DNA of 64,000 bases from an uncultured Spirochaetaceae bacterium (GTDB lineage Bacteria; Spirochaetota; Spirochaetia; SZUA-6; DRHE01): contig CAYMGP010000009.1 of assembly GCA_964390045.1 (NCBI GenBank), positions 183 through 64,182 on the forward strand. The letters run 5' to 3'. This document shows positions 39,262 through 48,164 of this stretch, one piece after another. The notes below the pieces were generated by a model. It did not search any database. It was not told the DNA's origin and saw nothing but the letters and a program-made list of their open reading frames with translations. How positions within the stretch are numbered: the stretch's first letter is position 1; every line of letters starts with the position of its first letter. The position numbers were made by a program, and so were the translations under genes.

Positions 39262-40713
39262 TCAGGATCGTTCGCTGGAGGTTTTTGCTACCACCAGGGT
39301 TCCGAGCTTGAGACGGCGCAGCGTGCTGCGAGCCCACAGAATGCTTAAAATCGCCGCCAGAGTGTTGCCGGTGATTATGCCCAGCCAGACACCGTACATC
39401 TGGAGATTGAAGAGGTAGACGTAGAGATACATGGCCGGCACGGCCAGCAGCAGCAGTCGAGAAAGCGTAATGATCAAAGCGGGCAACGGGTAGCCTATAG
39501 CCTGGAAGAAGGAACGGGAGAGGATTCCGACCACGGCGAACACGAAGGTGAACTCAACGATCCGCGTTTGAAGCACGGCATAGCGAACTACCGGTTCGAG
39601 GTCGCTGAAGAACGGGTATATACGCGGCGCCAGCAGCACCATGAGTGCGGCGGCTGAAACAACGAGCGCCATAGCTGCAAGAAGGCTCTTGCGCCAGATC
39701 TGCCTGACCCGCTCGATGTTGCCCCTGCCGGCGTTTTGCCCGACCATGGTGATCAGAGCGGCGCCGATGGCAAAAATAGGCATCAACACGGCCGAATCGA
39801 GGCGTCCGCAGAGTGCGAAGGCTGTCAGGGCGAGAGGATCGATGCTGACTACGATTCTGTTGAAGATGAAGAAGCTCAAGGCCATAAGAATCTGACCGGC
39901 GGACTGGGGCAGGCCCACGGCCAGAATCTTTTTTATCGTGTTGATATCCACGTTGCTCAGCTTCCAGTGTACCTGGACGAGGGTCTTCCTGCGCACGAAC
40001 ACGCTGACAACAAACACAACGGCCAGTCCTTGAGCAAGATCGGTGGCCAGGGCTGCTCCGCGTACACCGAGATTGAGAGCGAAGATGAAAATCGGGTCGA
40101 GGATGATGTTTCCCGCCGTGCCGATGATCATGGCGATCATCATATACTTCATCATTCCCTCGCCCTGAAGGATTCCGAAAAAGACACTGGAAACGAAAAG
40201 CAGCACCCCAGCGGGGATGATGAAACGCAGGTACTCGAGCCCGTGCACCATATAATCGCCTTCGGCACCGAGAAGTCGCAGAATGCCGTCGGCGAACAGG
40301 TAGGTGGGAACGGCTATTATCAGGGCAACCGCGATGCCGATGGCCAGTCCGCTCTCGGCAGTCCTGTCCAGAACCTCGGTGTTTCGTTCGCCGATGGCTC
40401 TGGCAACGAGGGAGCTTGTACCTACCACGATGCCCTGACTCAACGCGATAGCCATGAACAGAAAGGGAAAGATGATACCCGTGCCGCCGACGTACGAGGG
40501 GTCGGACAGGTCGATGCGGCTGACCCAGATCGTGTCTGTGATGTTGTAGAGCAGCTGAAACAGCATGCCGAAGAAGATCGGTGCGGCCAGCCGGGCCAGG
40601 AGCTTCAGCACAGGTCCTTCAAACATGCCCCGGATCTCCGCTCTCGGGGTGAAACCAGGCGTCTTTGGACCTCTGCCCTCCCCGGAGCCGACGGACGTGC
40701 CTGTTTCCGACAC
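39262..40713 (-). CDS. MATE-family transporter
   Basis: QLLYNITD, NIILDP.FIF..GV.GAALAT and GQN.G motifs; AAGGAGG before the GTG at 40713. Confidence 0.9.
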   Translation of the reverse strand: MSETGTSVGSGEGRGPKTPGFTPRAEIRGMFEGPVLKLLARLAAPIFFGMLFQLLYNITDTIWVSRIDLSDPSYVGGTGIIFPFLFMAIALSQGIVVGTSSLVARAIGERNTEVLDRTAESGLAIGIAVALIIAVPTYLFADGILRLLGAEGDYMVHGLEYLRFIIPAGVLLFVSSVFFGILQGEGMMKYMMIAMIIGTAGNIILDPIFIFALNLGVRGAALATDLAQGLAVVFVVSVFVRRKTLVQVHWKLSNVDINTIKKILAVGLPQSAGQILMALSFFIFNRIVVSIDPLALTAFALCGRLDSAVLMPIFAIGAALITMVGQNAGRGNIERVRQIWRKSLLAAMALVVSAAALMVLLAPRIYPFFSDLEPVVRYAVLQTRIVEFTFVFAVVGILSRSFFQAIGYPLPALIITLSRLLLLAVPAMYLYVYLFNLQMYGVWLGIITGNTLAAILSILWARSTLRRLKLGTLVVAKTSSERS

Positions 40714-40784
40714 CGGCACCTCCTTTCTGTGTCTGTAAAAATTTAGAGGATCATACCTGCAAAGCGCCGGGCTTGCAAGGGGGC

Positions 40785-40829
40785 GGGGTACGGCCAACCG
40801 GGGTACGGGCTGCCGGGGTACGGCCAGCC
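40785..40829. repeat. Imperfect 15-bp tandem repeat, 3 copies, in a divergent intergenic region
   Basis: GGGGTACGGCCAACC / GGGGTACGGGCTGCC / GGGGTACGGCCAGCC. Confidence 0.8.
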
Positions 40830-40884
40830 GGCTGGCCGTGTCAACGGCGTGCCGGTGTGCTATAGTTGTAGCAGGAGGTTGCAC

Positions 40885-41559
40885 ATGGACAAAAAAAATT
40901 CTACACCGGCTGCTGTAGCAACGGCCTTGCTGATCATCGTGACAGCCCTCGTGTTCAGCGGTTGCCTCAGCACAGCGGCGCGCGAGTGCAGCGAGCCGGA
41001 TCAGGTGATCTGGGATAGGGGCAGCGATCCGGATCGGGACGCACCCCGTTGGACCGGCAATCAGAAAGCCGCGGCTCGGGAAGCCAAGGTGAGCAGATTG
41101 GACATCCCCAGGAAGTACGTGCTCTACACCGGTGTCTCGGAAGACAAGAACAACGAGAGGGGAGCCCGCTTCGACGCCATAGACGATATGCTCGAACGCT
41201 ACGCCGTGTATTTGCAGAACGAGTTGGACAGAATCCTGCCCGAAGCGGCGGACAAGGCGGGGGCTCGCCTGCCGGATATCAACACCGCCCTGGGAGCCTA
41301 TCAGGCCATCGGCTATCTGCCCAAGGAACCGATCGAGTCCGACGTTCTGCGAGCCGATTGGACGGCCAAAGGAAAGCGCTGTCCCCTGGAAAGCGGCGAA
41401 CCTGTTTACAGGATTTTCGTGCTCGGCGTGTTCGACAAGGATGTGCGCGAGGTGCACCTCTATGATGCGGCCGTGGAAACCTTCAAATATGCCATCATCC
41501 GAGGCGAGGACAAAGACGCGATCCTAGAAGAAGCCTGGAAACTGATAAGAAAAATCTAG
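40885..41559 (+). CDS. Hypothetical lipoprotein
   Basis: AGGAGG SD; signal peptide ending in an FSGC lipobox. Confidence 0.75.
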   Translation: MDKKNSTPAAVATALLIIVTALVFSGCLSTAARECSEPDQVIWDRGSDPDRDAPRWTGNQKAAAREAKVSRLDIPRKYVLYTGVSEDKNNERGARFDAIDDMLERYAVYLQNELDRILPEAADKAGARLPDINTALGAYQAIGYLPKEPIESDVLRADWTAKGKRCPLESGEPVYRIFVLGVFDKDVREVHLYDAAVETFKYAIIRGEDKDAILEEAWKLIRKI

Positions 41560-41564
41560 ACTCG

Positions 41565-42278
41565 CTAGGCCATCACGATCTTGACATCCAGAGCGACCCA
41601 GCGGCCGGCGCCCCAGCGGTCGGCGGCCCAGACGATGGGATTGATGTCGAGCTGACAGCCGCGGTCTATCAGGGCAACCGCCAGATCCGCTACTTTCTCT
41701 ATGATGTGCGCCAGGGATTTTACGTCGGCGGAAAGGCCGCGGTAGCCGCGCAGCGTGGGGTAGATGGTTAGCTCCTCGAGTAGACGATGTGCCTCCGCCC
41801 TCGTGCAGGGCGCCAGACGGAAAGAGACGTCCTTGTACAGCTCCGTCAGGATCCCACCGGCACCGGCCATGATCGCCGGACCGAAGGTGGGATCGTAGAG
41901 GGCTCCTACTATAATCTCGCTTCCCTCGTACTGCACCATCTCCTCGATCAGGATATCCGAGGCAGGGAAGCTCTCTCGCAGCTTTCCTACTGCGGGGGCC
42001 AGCCGCTGCTCTGAAAGATCAAGAATCACACCACCCTCTTCGGTTTTATGGAGTATCTCCCCGGAACACACCTTGGCCACGCAGGGGAAGGAAATACCGG
42101 CGGCGGATATCCGCTTGCTCGCCGTCTCCGAGGCACCCGGCTCGATAAGGATCGCCTTGGGAACCTCGATTCCGATTTCTCGGAGCAGCTGCTTGTTTTC
42201 CCATTCGCTCGGTTTGCCGGCAACACGGAGAGAGCAGCGCCACTTCTCTACTTTCGATTCCATGGCTGCTGCGCTCAC
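41565..42278 (-). CDS. ADP-forming acyl-CoA synthetase beta subunit (ATP-grasp)
   Basis: HKTE.GGV, DPTFGP.IM.G.GG..E and LDINP motifs. Confidence 0.9.
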   Translation of the reverse strand: MSAAAMESKVEKWRCSLRVAGKPSEWENKQLLREIGIEVPKAILIEPGASETASKRISAAGISFPCVAKVCSGEILHKTEEGGVILDLSEQRLAPAVGKLRESFPASDILIEEMVQYEGSEIIVGALYDPTFGPAIMAGAGGILTELYKDVSFRLAPCTRAEAHRLLEELTIYPTLRGYRGLSADVKSLAHIIEKVADLAVALIDRGCQLDINPIVWAADRWGAGRWVALDVKIVMA

Positions 42279-43666
42279 GGCTGTGCCCCAAGCGATGCGA
42301 GGATCTTGCCTCGTTCAACGAGAAACCTGACGGCTCTCACTGTCCGAGTGAGAGAGGGGAAACCGATCATGCCCCTCTTGTAAAACCTTTTCAGGTAGGC
42401 ATCTGTGAACGGCCCGTATTCGGTAAATACAATAACGGGTTTGCTGCTGCTGTTAATCGTACCGGCCATATCATCGATCAGCTTGTCGGTAATCGAGTGA
42501 GGTGCGAAAAAAGCAATACAGATGATGATATCCACACCGTCGTCGGCTATCAGTGCTTCCAGAGCATGCACGAACATCTCATTGGTCACTTGGGCCGTCA
42601 GATCCACGGGATTGTGACAGGAGGCGAAGGGAGGAGCATGTTCCCGTATCCTGGAAATCGCCTTGCCGGACAGATCGGCCATCTGCAGCCTGGCGCGTGG
42701 GCTGTCGCCCTCTATGTAATCTGTGCACATCACTCCGAATCCTCCGGCCCCGGTCATCACAGCCACCCTGCTGCCCCGGGCCGGCGGCAGGTAGGAGAGG
42801 GCTTTGGCGGCATCACAGAGCTCCTCATCGTCAAATGCCCGTTGGATGCCGTACTGTCTGAACGCGCCGCTGACCACCCTGTCGGAGCCGGCCAGCTTTC
42901 CCGTATGAGAGCTGACCGCCGAGGCACCCGTCGGAGTCCTGCCTGCTTTCAGCGCAATTACCGGCTTGAGTCCTGATACCCTCCTCGCTTCCTCCAAGAA
43001 CTCCCTGCCTCGTTCGACATTCTCTATGTAGAGGGCCAGACAGTCGGTCTTGGCGTCTGCCGCGAAATACTTCAGAAAATCCAGCTCGTTTAAATCGATT
43101 TTATTTCCCAGACCCACGAAGGCTCTCATCGGAAAGCCTGTATTGCTTGCCAGACCCAACGCCTCGACGCCGACAGAACCGCTCTGGCTGACGAAGGCAA
43201 CCCCACCCCCGTCCGCTAGAGATTTGTCGCCGTGTTCTACAAAAATCGTGTCGAAGTTGTTTTCAGGCACAAAAACCCCGAGAGAGTTCGGCCCAAGGAT
43301 ACGGCTGCCGTAGCTCTGCGGTATGGATTTCAAGCGGCTCTCCAAAGCTTTGCCATGCTCCCCCGTCTCTCCAAACCCGCCCGCCACGACGATGATGTTC
43401 TCGATTTTATTCTTGGCGCAGTCTTCGGCGATCGGGACCGCCTGCTCGGCGCTTACCGTGATCACAGCTACATCGACCGGTTGCGGGAGGTCCGATACAT
43501 GCGCGTAGGCTTTGTGACCGAGGATTACCTGTTCGTTGGGATTGACAGGGTAAAGCGTTGCCCTTGAACGCTGCAACCCCGCGAAAACAATGTTGCCGAC
43601 TTTCCCCTTTTTGTTCGAAGCACCGATGACCGCTACCGATTCCGGATTGAGAAGCTTGTGAATCAT
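42275..43666 (-). CDS. ADP-forming acyl-CoA synthetase alpha subunit (CoA-binding)
   Basis: VAVIGAS, GPNSLG, SQSG, GNK.D, SHTG (phospho-His) and NPVD motifs. Confidence 0.9.
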   Translation of the reverse strand: MIHKLLNPESVAVIGASNKKGKVGNIVFAGLQRSRATLYPVNPNEQVILGHKAYAHVSDLPQPVDVAVITVSAEQAVPIAEDCAKNKIENIIVVAGGFGETGEHGKALESRLKSIPQSYGSRILGPNSLGVFVPENNFDTIFVEHGDKSLADGGGVAFVSQSGSVGVEALGLASNTGFPMRAFVGLGNKIDLNELDFLKYFAADAKTDCLALYIENVERGREFLEEARRVSGLKPVIALKAGRTPTGASAVSSHTGKLAGSDRVVSGAFRQYGIQRAFDDEELCDAAKALSYLPPARGSRVAVMTGAGGFGVMCTDYIEGDSPRARLQMADLSGKAISRIREHAPPFASCHNPVDLTAQVTNEMFVHALEALIADDGVDIIICIAFFAPHSITDKLIDDMAGTINSSSKPVIVFTEYGPFTDAYLKRFYKRGMIGFPSLTRTVRAVRFLVERGKILASLGAQP

Positions 43667-43762
43667 ATGACACTTTCAACTGTACCTTCCTCGGCGTCAA
43701 GGAAGCAAGATAGATTTATAATGTTTTTTAGTTCCTGCAGCGAGCCGTTTGCCGTAAACGCT

Positions 43763-43791
43763 TTGACCAGGCCGTCAGACCCCGGTACTAT
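43763..43791 (+). promoter_or_regulatory. Sigma70-type promoter, probably leaderless
   Basis: TTGACC-N17-TACTAT, 6 nt before the ATG at 43798. Confidence 0.6.
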
Positions 43792-43797
43792 AAAAAC

Positions 43798-44388
43798 ATG
43801 CAGTCGCATCTCGGGTACGGTGGGGCGTCCTCGATTCAGCGTTGGTATCGGAAGGACGGGAAGCGCTTCCTGCAGAGTTTGGGTATCCGTCGGGATTTCC
43901 TGGTTTTGGACTACGGCTGCGGATCGGGCAATTATTCCATTCCGGCCGCCGAGGTAGTGGGGGCGCGGGGAAGGGTCCTGGCTGTCGATCGAAGCTCTTA
44001 TTCGCTGCAGACACTGAGGCGGACAGCCTCTTCGTACGGGCTGGACAACCTCGTCCCTATTCGTACGCTGGAGGAAGCGACAGGTTTTATGGGGGAACGG
44101 CTTCTCGACGCGGTGCTGCTTTTCGACGTGATCCATTCCTACTACTTCACAGCCGTCGAACGCAGGGAGCTGTTGGAATCACTAGCACCCTTGATGCGCT
44201 CCGGAGCTCTGGTCTGCCTCTATCCGCGGCACATGGACAGCCGGGAGATAGAGGATGTTGTCGACCGGCTGGGCGAGCTCGGCATCGCGTTCGAGCGCGC
44301 GATTGAGTCCCGGCTGATCCACGACGGAAGCGAGACCGCGGGGCGGGTGCTCGTTTTTCGCAAACAGAAGGGAAAAAGTAATGGCTAG
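43798..44388 (+). CDS. Class I SAM-dependent methyltransferase
   Basis: VLDYGCGSG motif I. Confidence 0.8.
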   Translation: MQSHLGYGGASSIQRWYRKDGKRFLQSLGIRRDFLVLDYGCGSGNYSIPAAEVVGARGRVLAVDRSSYSLQTLRRTASSYGLDNLVPIRTLEEATGFMGERLLDAVLLFDVIHSYYFTAVERRELLESLAPLMRSGALVCLYPRHMDSREIEDVVDRLGELGIAFERAIESRLIHDGSETAGRVLVFRKQKGKSNG

Positions 44389-45025
44389 AACAGAGGCTTT
44401 TAACGCACACCACGAGCAGTACGAGCAGTGGTTCGAGGAGAATCGCTACGTGTATCAGTCGGAGCTCGAGGCCGTCCGGAACTTCCTCCCCTCTCGAGGC
44501 GAAGGGTTGGAGATCGGTGTGGGCAGCGGGCGATTCGCCGCGCCCCTGGGTATTCGCTTCGGGGTGGAACCTTCGGAAGCCATGCGGGAAATCGCCAGGA
44601 GCCGGGGAATAGAGGTCTACGACGGCGTAGCGGAGAGTCTGCCCTTTGACGATGAGCGCTTTGATTTCGCACTGATGGTGACCACCATCTGCTTCGTTGA
44701 CGATTTGAATCTTTCTTTTCGCGAAGCCTTCAGGGTGTTGAAGCAGGGGGGAGCGTTCATCGTCGGGTTCGTGGACAGCGCCAGTGCCCTGGGCAAAACC
44801 TATCAGCGACACAAAGCGCAAAACGTTTTTTACAGCCGGGCGACCTTCTACTCCACGCAGGAAGTGCTCGACCGGCTGAAGGCCTGCGGATTCGAAAATC
44901 CCGCAATGGTGCAGACTGTATTCGGAGCCCTGCCTGAAATTCGCAGTGTTCAGAAACACAGATCCGGGTACGGCCGGGGAGGTTTCGTGGTCGTCAGAGC
45001 GTGGAAATCTCCCCGCCCGCAATGA
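44381..45025 (+). CDS. Class I SAM-dependent methyltransferase (Methyltransf_11)
   Basis: LEIGVGSG, AESLPF and RVLK.GG motifs. Confidence 0.9.
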   Translation: MARTEAFNAHHEQYEQWFEENRYVYQSELEAVRNFLPSRGEGLEIGVGSGRFAAPLGIRFGVEPSEAMREIARSRGIEVYDGVAESLPFDDERFDFALMVTTICFVDDLNLSFREAFRVLKQGGAFIVGFVDSASALGKTYQRHKAQNVFYSRATFYSTQEVLDRLKACGFENPAMVQTVFGALPEIRSVQKHRSGYGRGGFVVVRAWKSPRPQ

Positions 45026-45074
45026 AGTCGGCGGTAGATCACCGTTGCCCCGGCCGAAACCCGGATCAGGCCCC

Positions 45075-45467
45075 TCACTCTTCCGGAAGGTTGAGCAGCT
45101 CCTTTACCTTCTCCACCAGCATATCCGGCTCTACGGGCTTATCGAGGAAGTAGTCCACGGGCAGCCACTTGTCATCCGGACCGAAGCGGTAGGGAACTTT
45201 CTTCTCGGCATGGACGGCGGTGAGCAGCAGGATGGGAAGATCCCGCAGTTTCAGCTGCTCCCGTATATTGCGGGCCACCTCGAAGCCCTCGTAGTTGGTG
45301 GGCATGAGCACGTCAAGAATTACCAGATCGGGTTTTTCCGACTGTACCATGTTGAGACCTTCCTCCGGGCCGTAGGCCGAGGCGGTTTCAAAGCCTTTCT
45401 TCTCCAGCACTATCCTGGTGGCATCTTGGAAATCCCTGTCGTCATCGATTATCAGTATCTTCGGCAT
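45075..45467 (-). CDS. Stand-alone response regulator receiver
   Basis: IIDDD, LDVLMP, LTA and DKP motifs; AGGAG SD. Confidence 0.9.
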   Translation of the reverse strand: MPKILIIDDDRDFQDATRIVLEKKGFETASAYGPEEGLNMVQSEKPDLVILDVLMPTNYEGFEVARNIREQLKLRDLPILLLTAVHAEKKVPYRFGPDDKWLPVDYFLDKPVEPDMLVEKVKELLNLPEE

Positions 45468-45481
45468 ACCTGCACTCCTCT

Positions 45482-46822
45482 CTACGAGATATTCATCAGG
45501 GCCGACTCGGCGGCATTCACGAACTGATACACCACGGGAGAGGCCGTCAGGGCGGGATGGGTACCCATCTGAAAGCAAGCGATGTCATCGATGGTCATCT
45601 TGTGCTGTATACAGGCGCTGGCCGTATTGATCAGCTCGCCGACCGCATGGTCGCCCATCATCTGTGTACCAATCAGTACCTTTGTGCGTCTCTCGAAGAT
45701 CAGCTTGACCCGTTGTATGGCCATGCCGGGCATCTTGCCCGGGTGACGGTTCGGCCCTTCTGCCACGCCCGTGATCACGTCGTAGCCCTGACGCTTGGCT
45801 AAGGCTTCCTGCATTCCGGCCACGGCGAAGCTGCGGTCGCCCAGAGCGGAGGAGAACACGCCGATCGTACCTACGCTTTCCCTCTGGATTCCGTAAAGGT
45901 TGGCGCCGGCGATGCGGGCCTCGGAGCAGGCTATCGAAGCTAACTTCAGCTTGGAGGGCATGCCTCCAAAGAAGGAGAACTTTTCGGCACAGTCTCCACA
46001 GGAGAAGATGTTCTCGTCGCTGGTGCGCATGGTGCGATCCACCCAGATCGAGCCGGTGGGACCCAGACGCAGGCCTGCCTGTTTGGCCAGATCGATATTA
46101 GCCACGGTACCGATGCCTATGATCACCATGTCGGCTTCGATCACAGTGCCGTCGGCGAACTTCACTCCGGTAGCTTTGGTGTTGCCCTCGATCGAAGCCA
46201 CTTTCTGCTCAACCAGGACTTTGACACCCCGCTCGCGCAGCAGCTTCTCCGCTTCTGTGCAGAATTCGGGATCGAAAGCCAGCTGCAGGCAGTGGGGCAG
46301 CAGCTCGCAGATCGTAACTTCCTTGCCTTCGATTTTGTTGATTTCGTCGGAGACTTCCACGCCGATGAAACCGCCTCCAATCACCGCCACCCGTTTGACA
46401 GTGCTCATGAACTGCTGCATCTTGGTCAGGTGATCGACATCCTTGTACACAGGGTAGACGTTCTCTTTGTCGAAGCCGGGAATCGGCGGCATCATAGGCG
46501 ACGAACCGGTAGCCAGTACCAGTTTGTCGTAGCCGACTTGCTCTCCGGAATCTGTCTTTACAGTTTTTTTCTCCCTGTCGACCTCTACAACCGTGTCGAG
46601 CATCAGCTCCACGTTGTTTTTCTCCAAGGGAGTATCCGGCATCAGGTTGTTCTGTGGAGTTCCCACTGTTCCAAATACGTAGGGAATACCGCAGGGAATG
46701 GGAACCAGCTTCTCCTTGCGTATTAATAGAATGCTCTTATCCGGGTAACGTCTGCGCGCCGTTAACGCGGCTGTAAGCCCGGCCGCACTCCCCCCAATGA
46801 TCAGTACGTCTGATCGTTTCAT
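45482..46822 (-). CDS. FAD-dependent CoA-disulfide reductase / NADH oxidase family
   Basis: GGSAAG, CGIPY redox Cys, ATGS, GGGFIGVE and GDC motifs. Confidence 0.9.
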   Translation of the reverse strand: MKRSDVLIIGGSAAGLTAALTARRRYPDKSILLIRKEKLVPIPCGIPYVFGTVGTPQNNLMPDTPLEKNNVELMLDTVVEVDREKKTVKTDSGEQVGYDKLVLATGSSPMMPPIPGFDKENVYPVYKDVDHLTKMQQFMSTVKRVAVIGGGFIGVEVSDEINKIEGKEVTICELLPHCLQLAFDPEFCTEAEKLLRERGVKVLVEQKVASIEGNTKATGVKFADGTVIEADMVIIGIGTVANIDLAKQAGLRLGPTGSIWVDRTMRTSDENIFSCGDCAEKFSFFGGMPSKLKLASIACSEARIAGANLYGIQRESVGTIGVFSSALGDRSFAVAGMQEALAKRQGYDVITGVAEGPNRHPGKMPGMAIQRVKLIFERRTKVLIGTQMMGDHAVGELINTASACIQHKMTIDDIACFQMGTHPALTASPVVYQFVNAAESALMNIS

Positions 46823-46869
46823 AAAAAAATCCTCCTGCCTGTTGTTATTTGGGTATAAAGGTGCGACTT

Positions 46870-46923
46870 ATTATAGTGAGAATATTCTCGTTTTGCAAGT
46901 GAAAATCGAGAAATTTTTCACAT
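46870..46923 (-). promoter_or_regulatory. Sigma70 promoter with palindromic, Rex-like operator(s)
   Basis: TTGCAA(46898-46893)-N17-TATAAT(46875-46870); GAGAATATTCTC in the spacer; TCGAGAA-N4-TTCACAT at 46906-46923. Confidence 0.6.
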
Positions 46924-46937
46924 TCTCCTGATTTACT

Positions 46938-48042
46938 CTACATGAGGATTTTTGCCACCTCGGCCGTACTGAGGAAGTTCATCACCAGCGGCTGGGACAG
47001 GCCTTTCTGAGACTGCATCCAGAGGGCGTAGATACCCCTGTCTGTCTGCAGGGTCGATACATAGCGGCTGCTGCCCGTACCGTACGGCGAAACAAAGAGA
47101 GGCGGGTTGATCGAAAGCCGCCGCAGGCGGGGGAACTGCTCCGCCGTCGAGAAGGCCAGCCCGCCGATCTCTTCGCAGGCGTATCCTCGGGGTCGTTTGA
47201 CGGCTTTGTTGTGCTCTGCGTGGCGCCGCACCGACTCCCCTCCGTCGTAGAAAAAAAGGAAGGTGTCGGGCAGATCTTTGAACAAGCCCAGCTTGGGCAC
47301 CTTGAGCGCGTCGGTGAGGCGGGTGATGGCCACGTCCCAGGTGAAGCCCCGGGGAAAGAAGGTGTAGTCGAGCCGGCCATACTCCTCAGCGTTTTTGGGC
47401 CTGAGGCAGAGGGCCGGGTTGGCGCTGGACCAGTTGAAGGGATGGGTGCAGACGATCAACACGGTGTTTCCCGAAGCATCTTCGAACACGAAAGGGTCTT
47501 TGAGGTGGCAGCAGCGGCTGGATAGCGGCTGGATCGAGGGCTTCGATCGACCCGGCTTCTATACGGTCGATTGTCCAGACGCCTGTTCCCGGCTTCCTGA
47601 AGTCTTCCAGTCCCTCGGGATAAGGGATGCCGCTCTTTTCACTGGAGATGTAGAGCTCGATCCCGCCCCTATAATGGTGCAGCCAGGCCCGTTCGATGGA
47701 AAGGACCTGCTGGTTCCCGTGGCTGAGGTCTTGCTTGGAAAAGCTGAGGGTTTTCTCGAATCGCTTGCCCCCGTCATCGGACCTGAACACGGCCAGCTCG
47801 AAGCCCCGTACGCCTGCTCCGACACCGGTTCGCGAATCCCCCTGATTGCGGTAGCGGCCGCAGAGGTAGAGTCTGCCCCGGCTGTCTTCGATCATGTTGC
47901 CGGCGCCGAACCAGTATCCGGATCTCGCTTGGGTGGGAGGGATCAGAACGCGCGCCCTATGCTGATCGATCAGCTTCAGAGCGAATCTTCTCAATCTGTC
48001 TTTGAGCTCCGCGGGAAAATCGTTCACCAATCCTTCTTTCAT
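46938..48042 (-). pseudogene. Beta-propeller glycosidase/sialidase-like protein, frameshifted near 47508
   Basis: GYWFGAG..RYRN, Asp-box SDDGG..F and SIER in one frame; HLKDPFV..SRYV..W.QSQ in another frame. Confidence 0.6.
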
Positions 48043-48164
48043 TATTCTTCGCGCTGAGAACGATCTATTGTATTTTCTGCAAGGACTTTTTACTAGCTGT
48101 ATAATGAAATGCGGAGAAGAATATTGATTTCGAAGTCAGAATCCAGGCCCGGGAGCCCGAACTT

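Noticed and set aside
40785-40829. Possible mini-CRISPR
   Set aside because: 15-bp abutting units, no spacers and no cas genes.
39262-41457. 731-aa extended MATE
   Set aside because: The extension is antisense to the lipoprotein gene; a strong SD supports the start at 40713.
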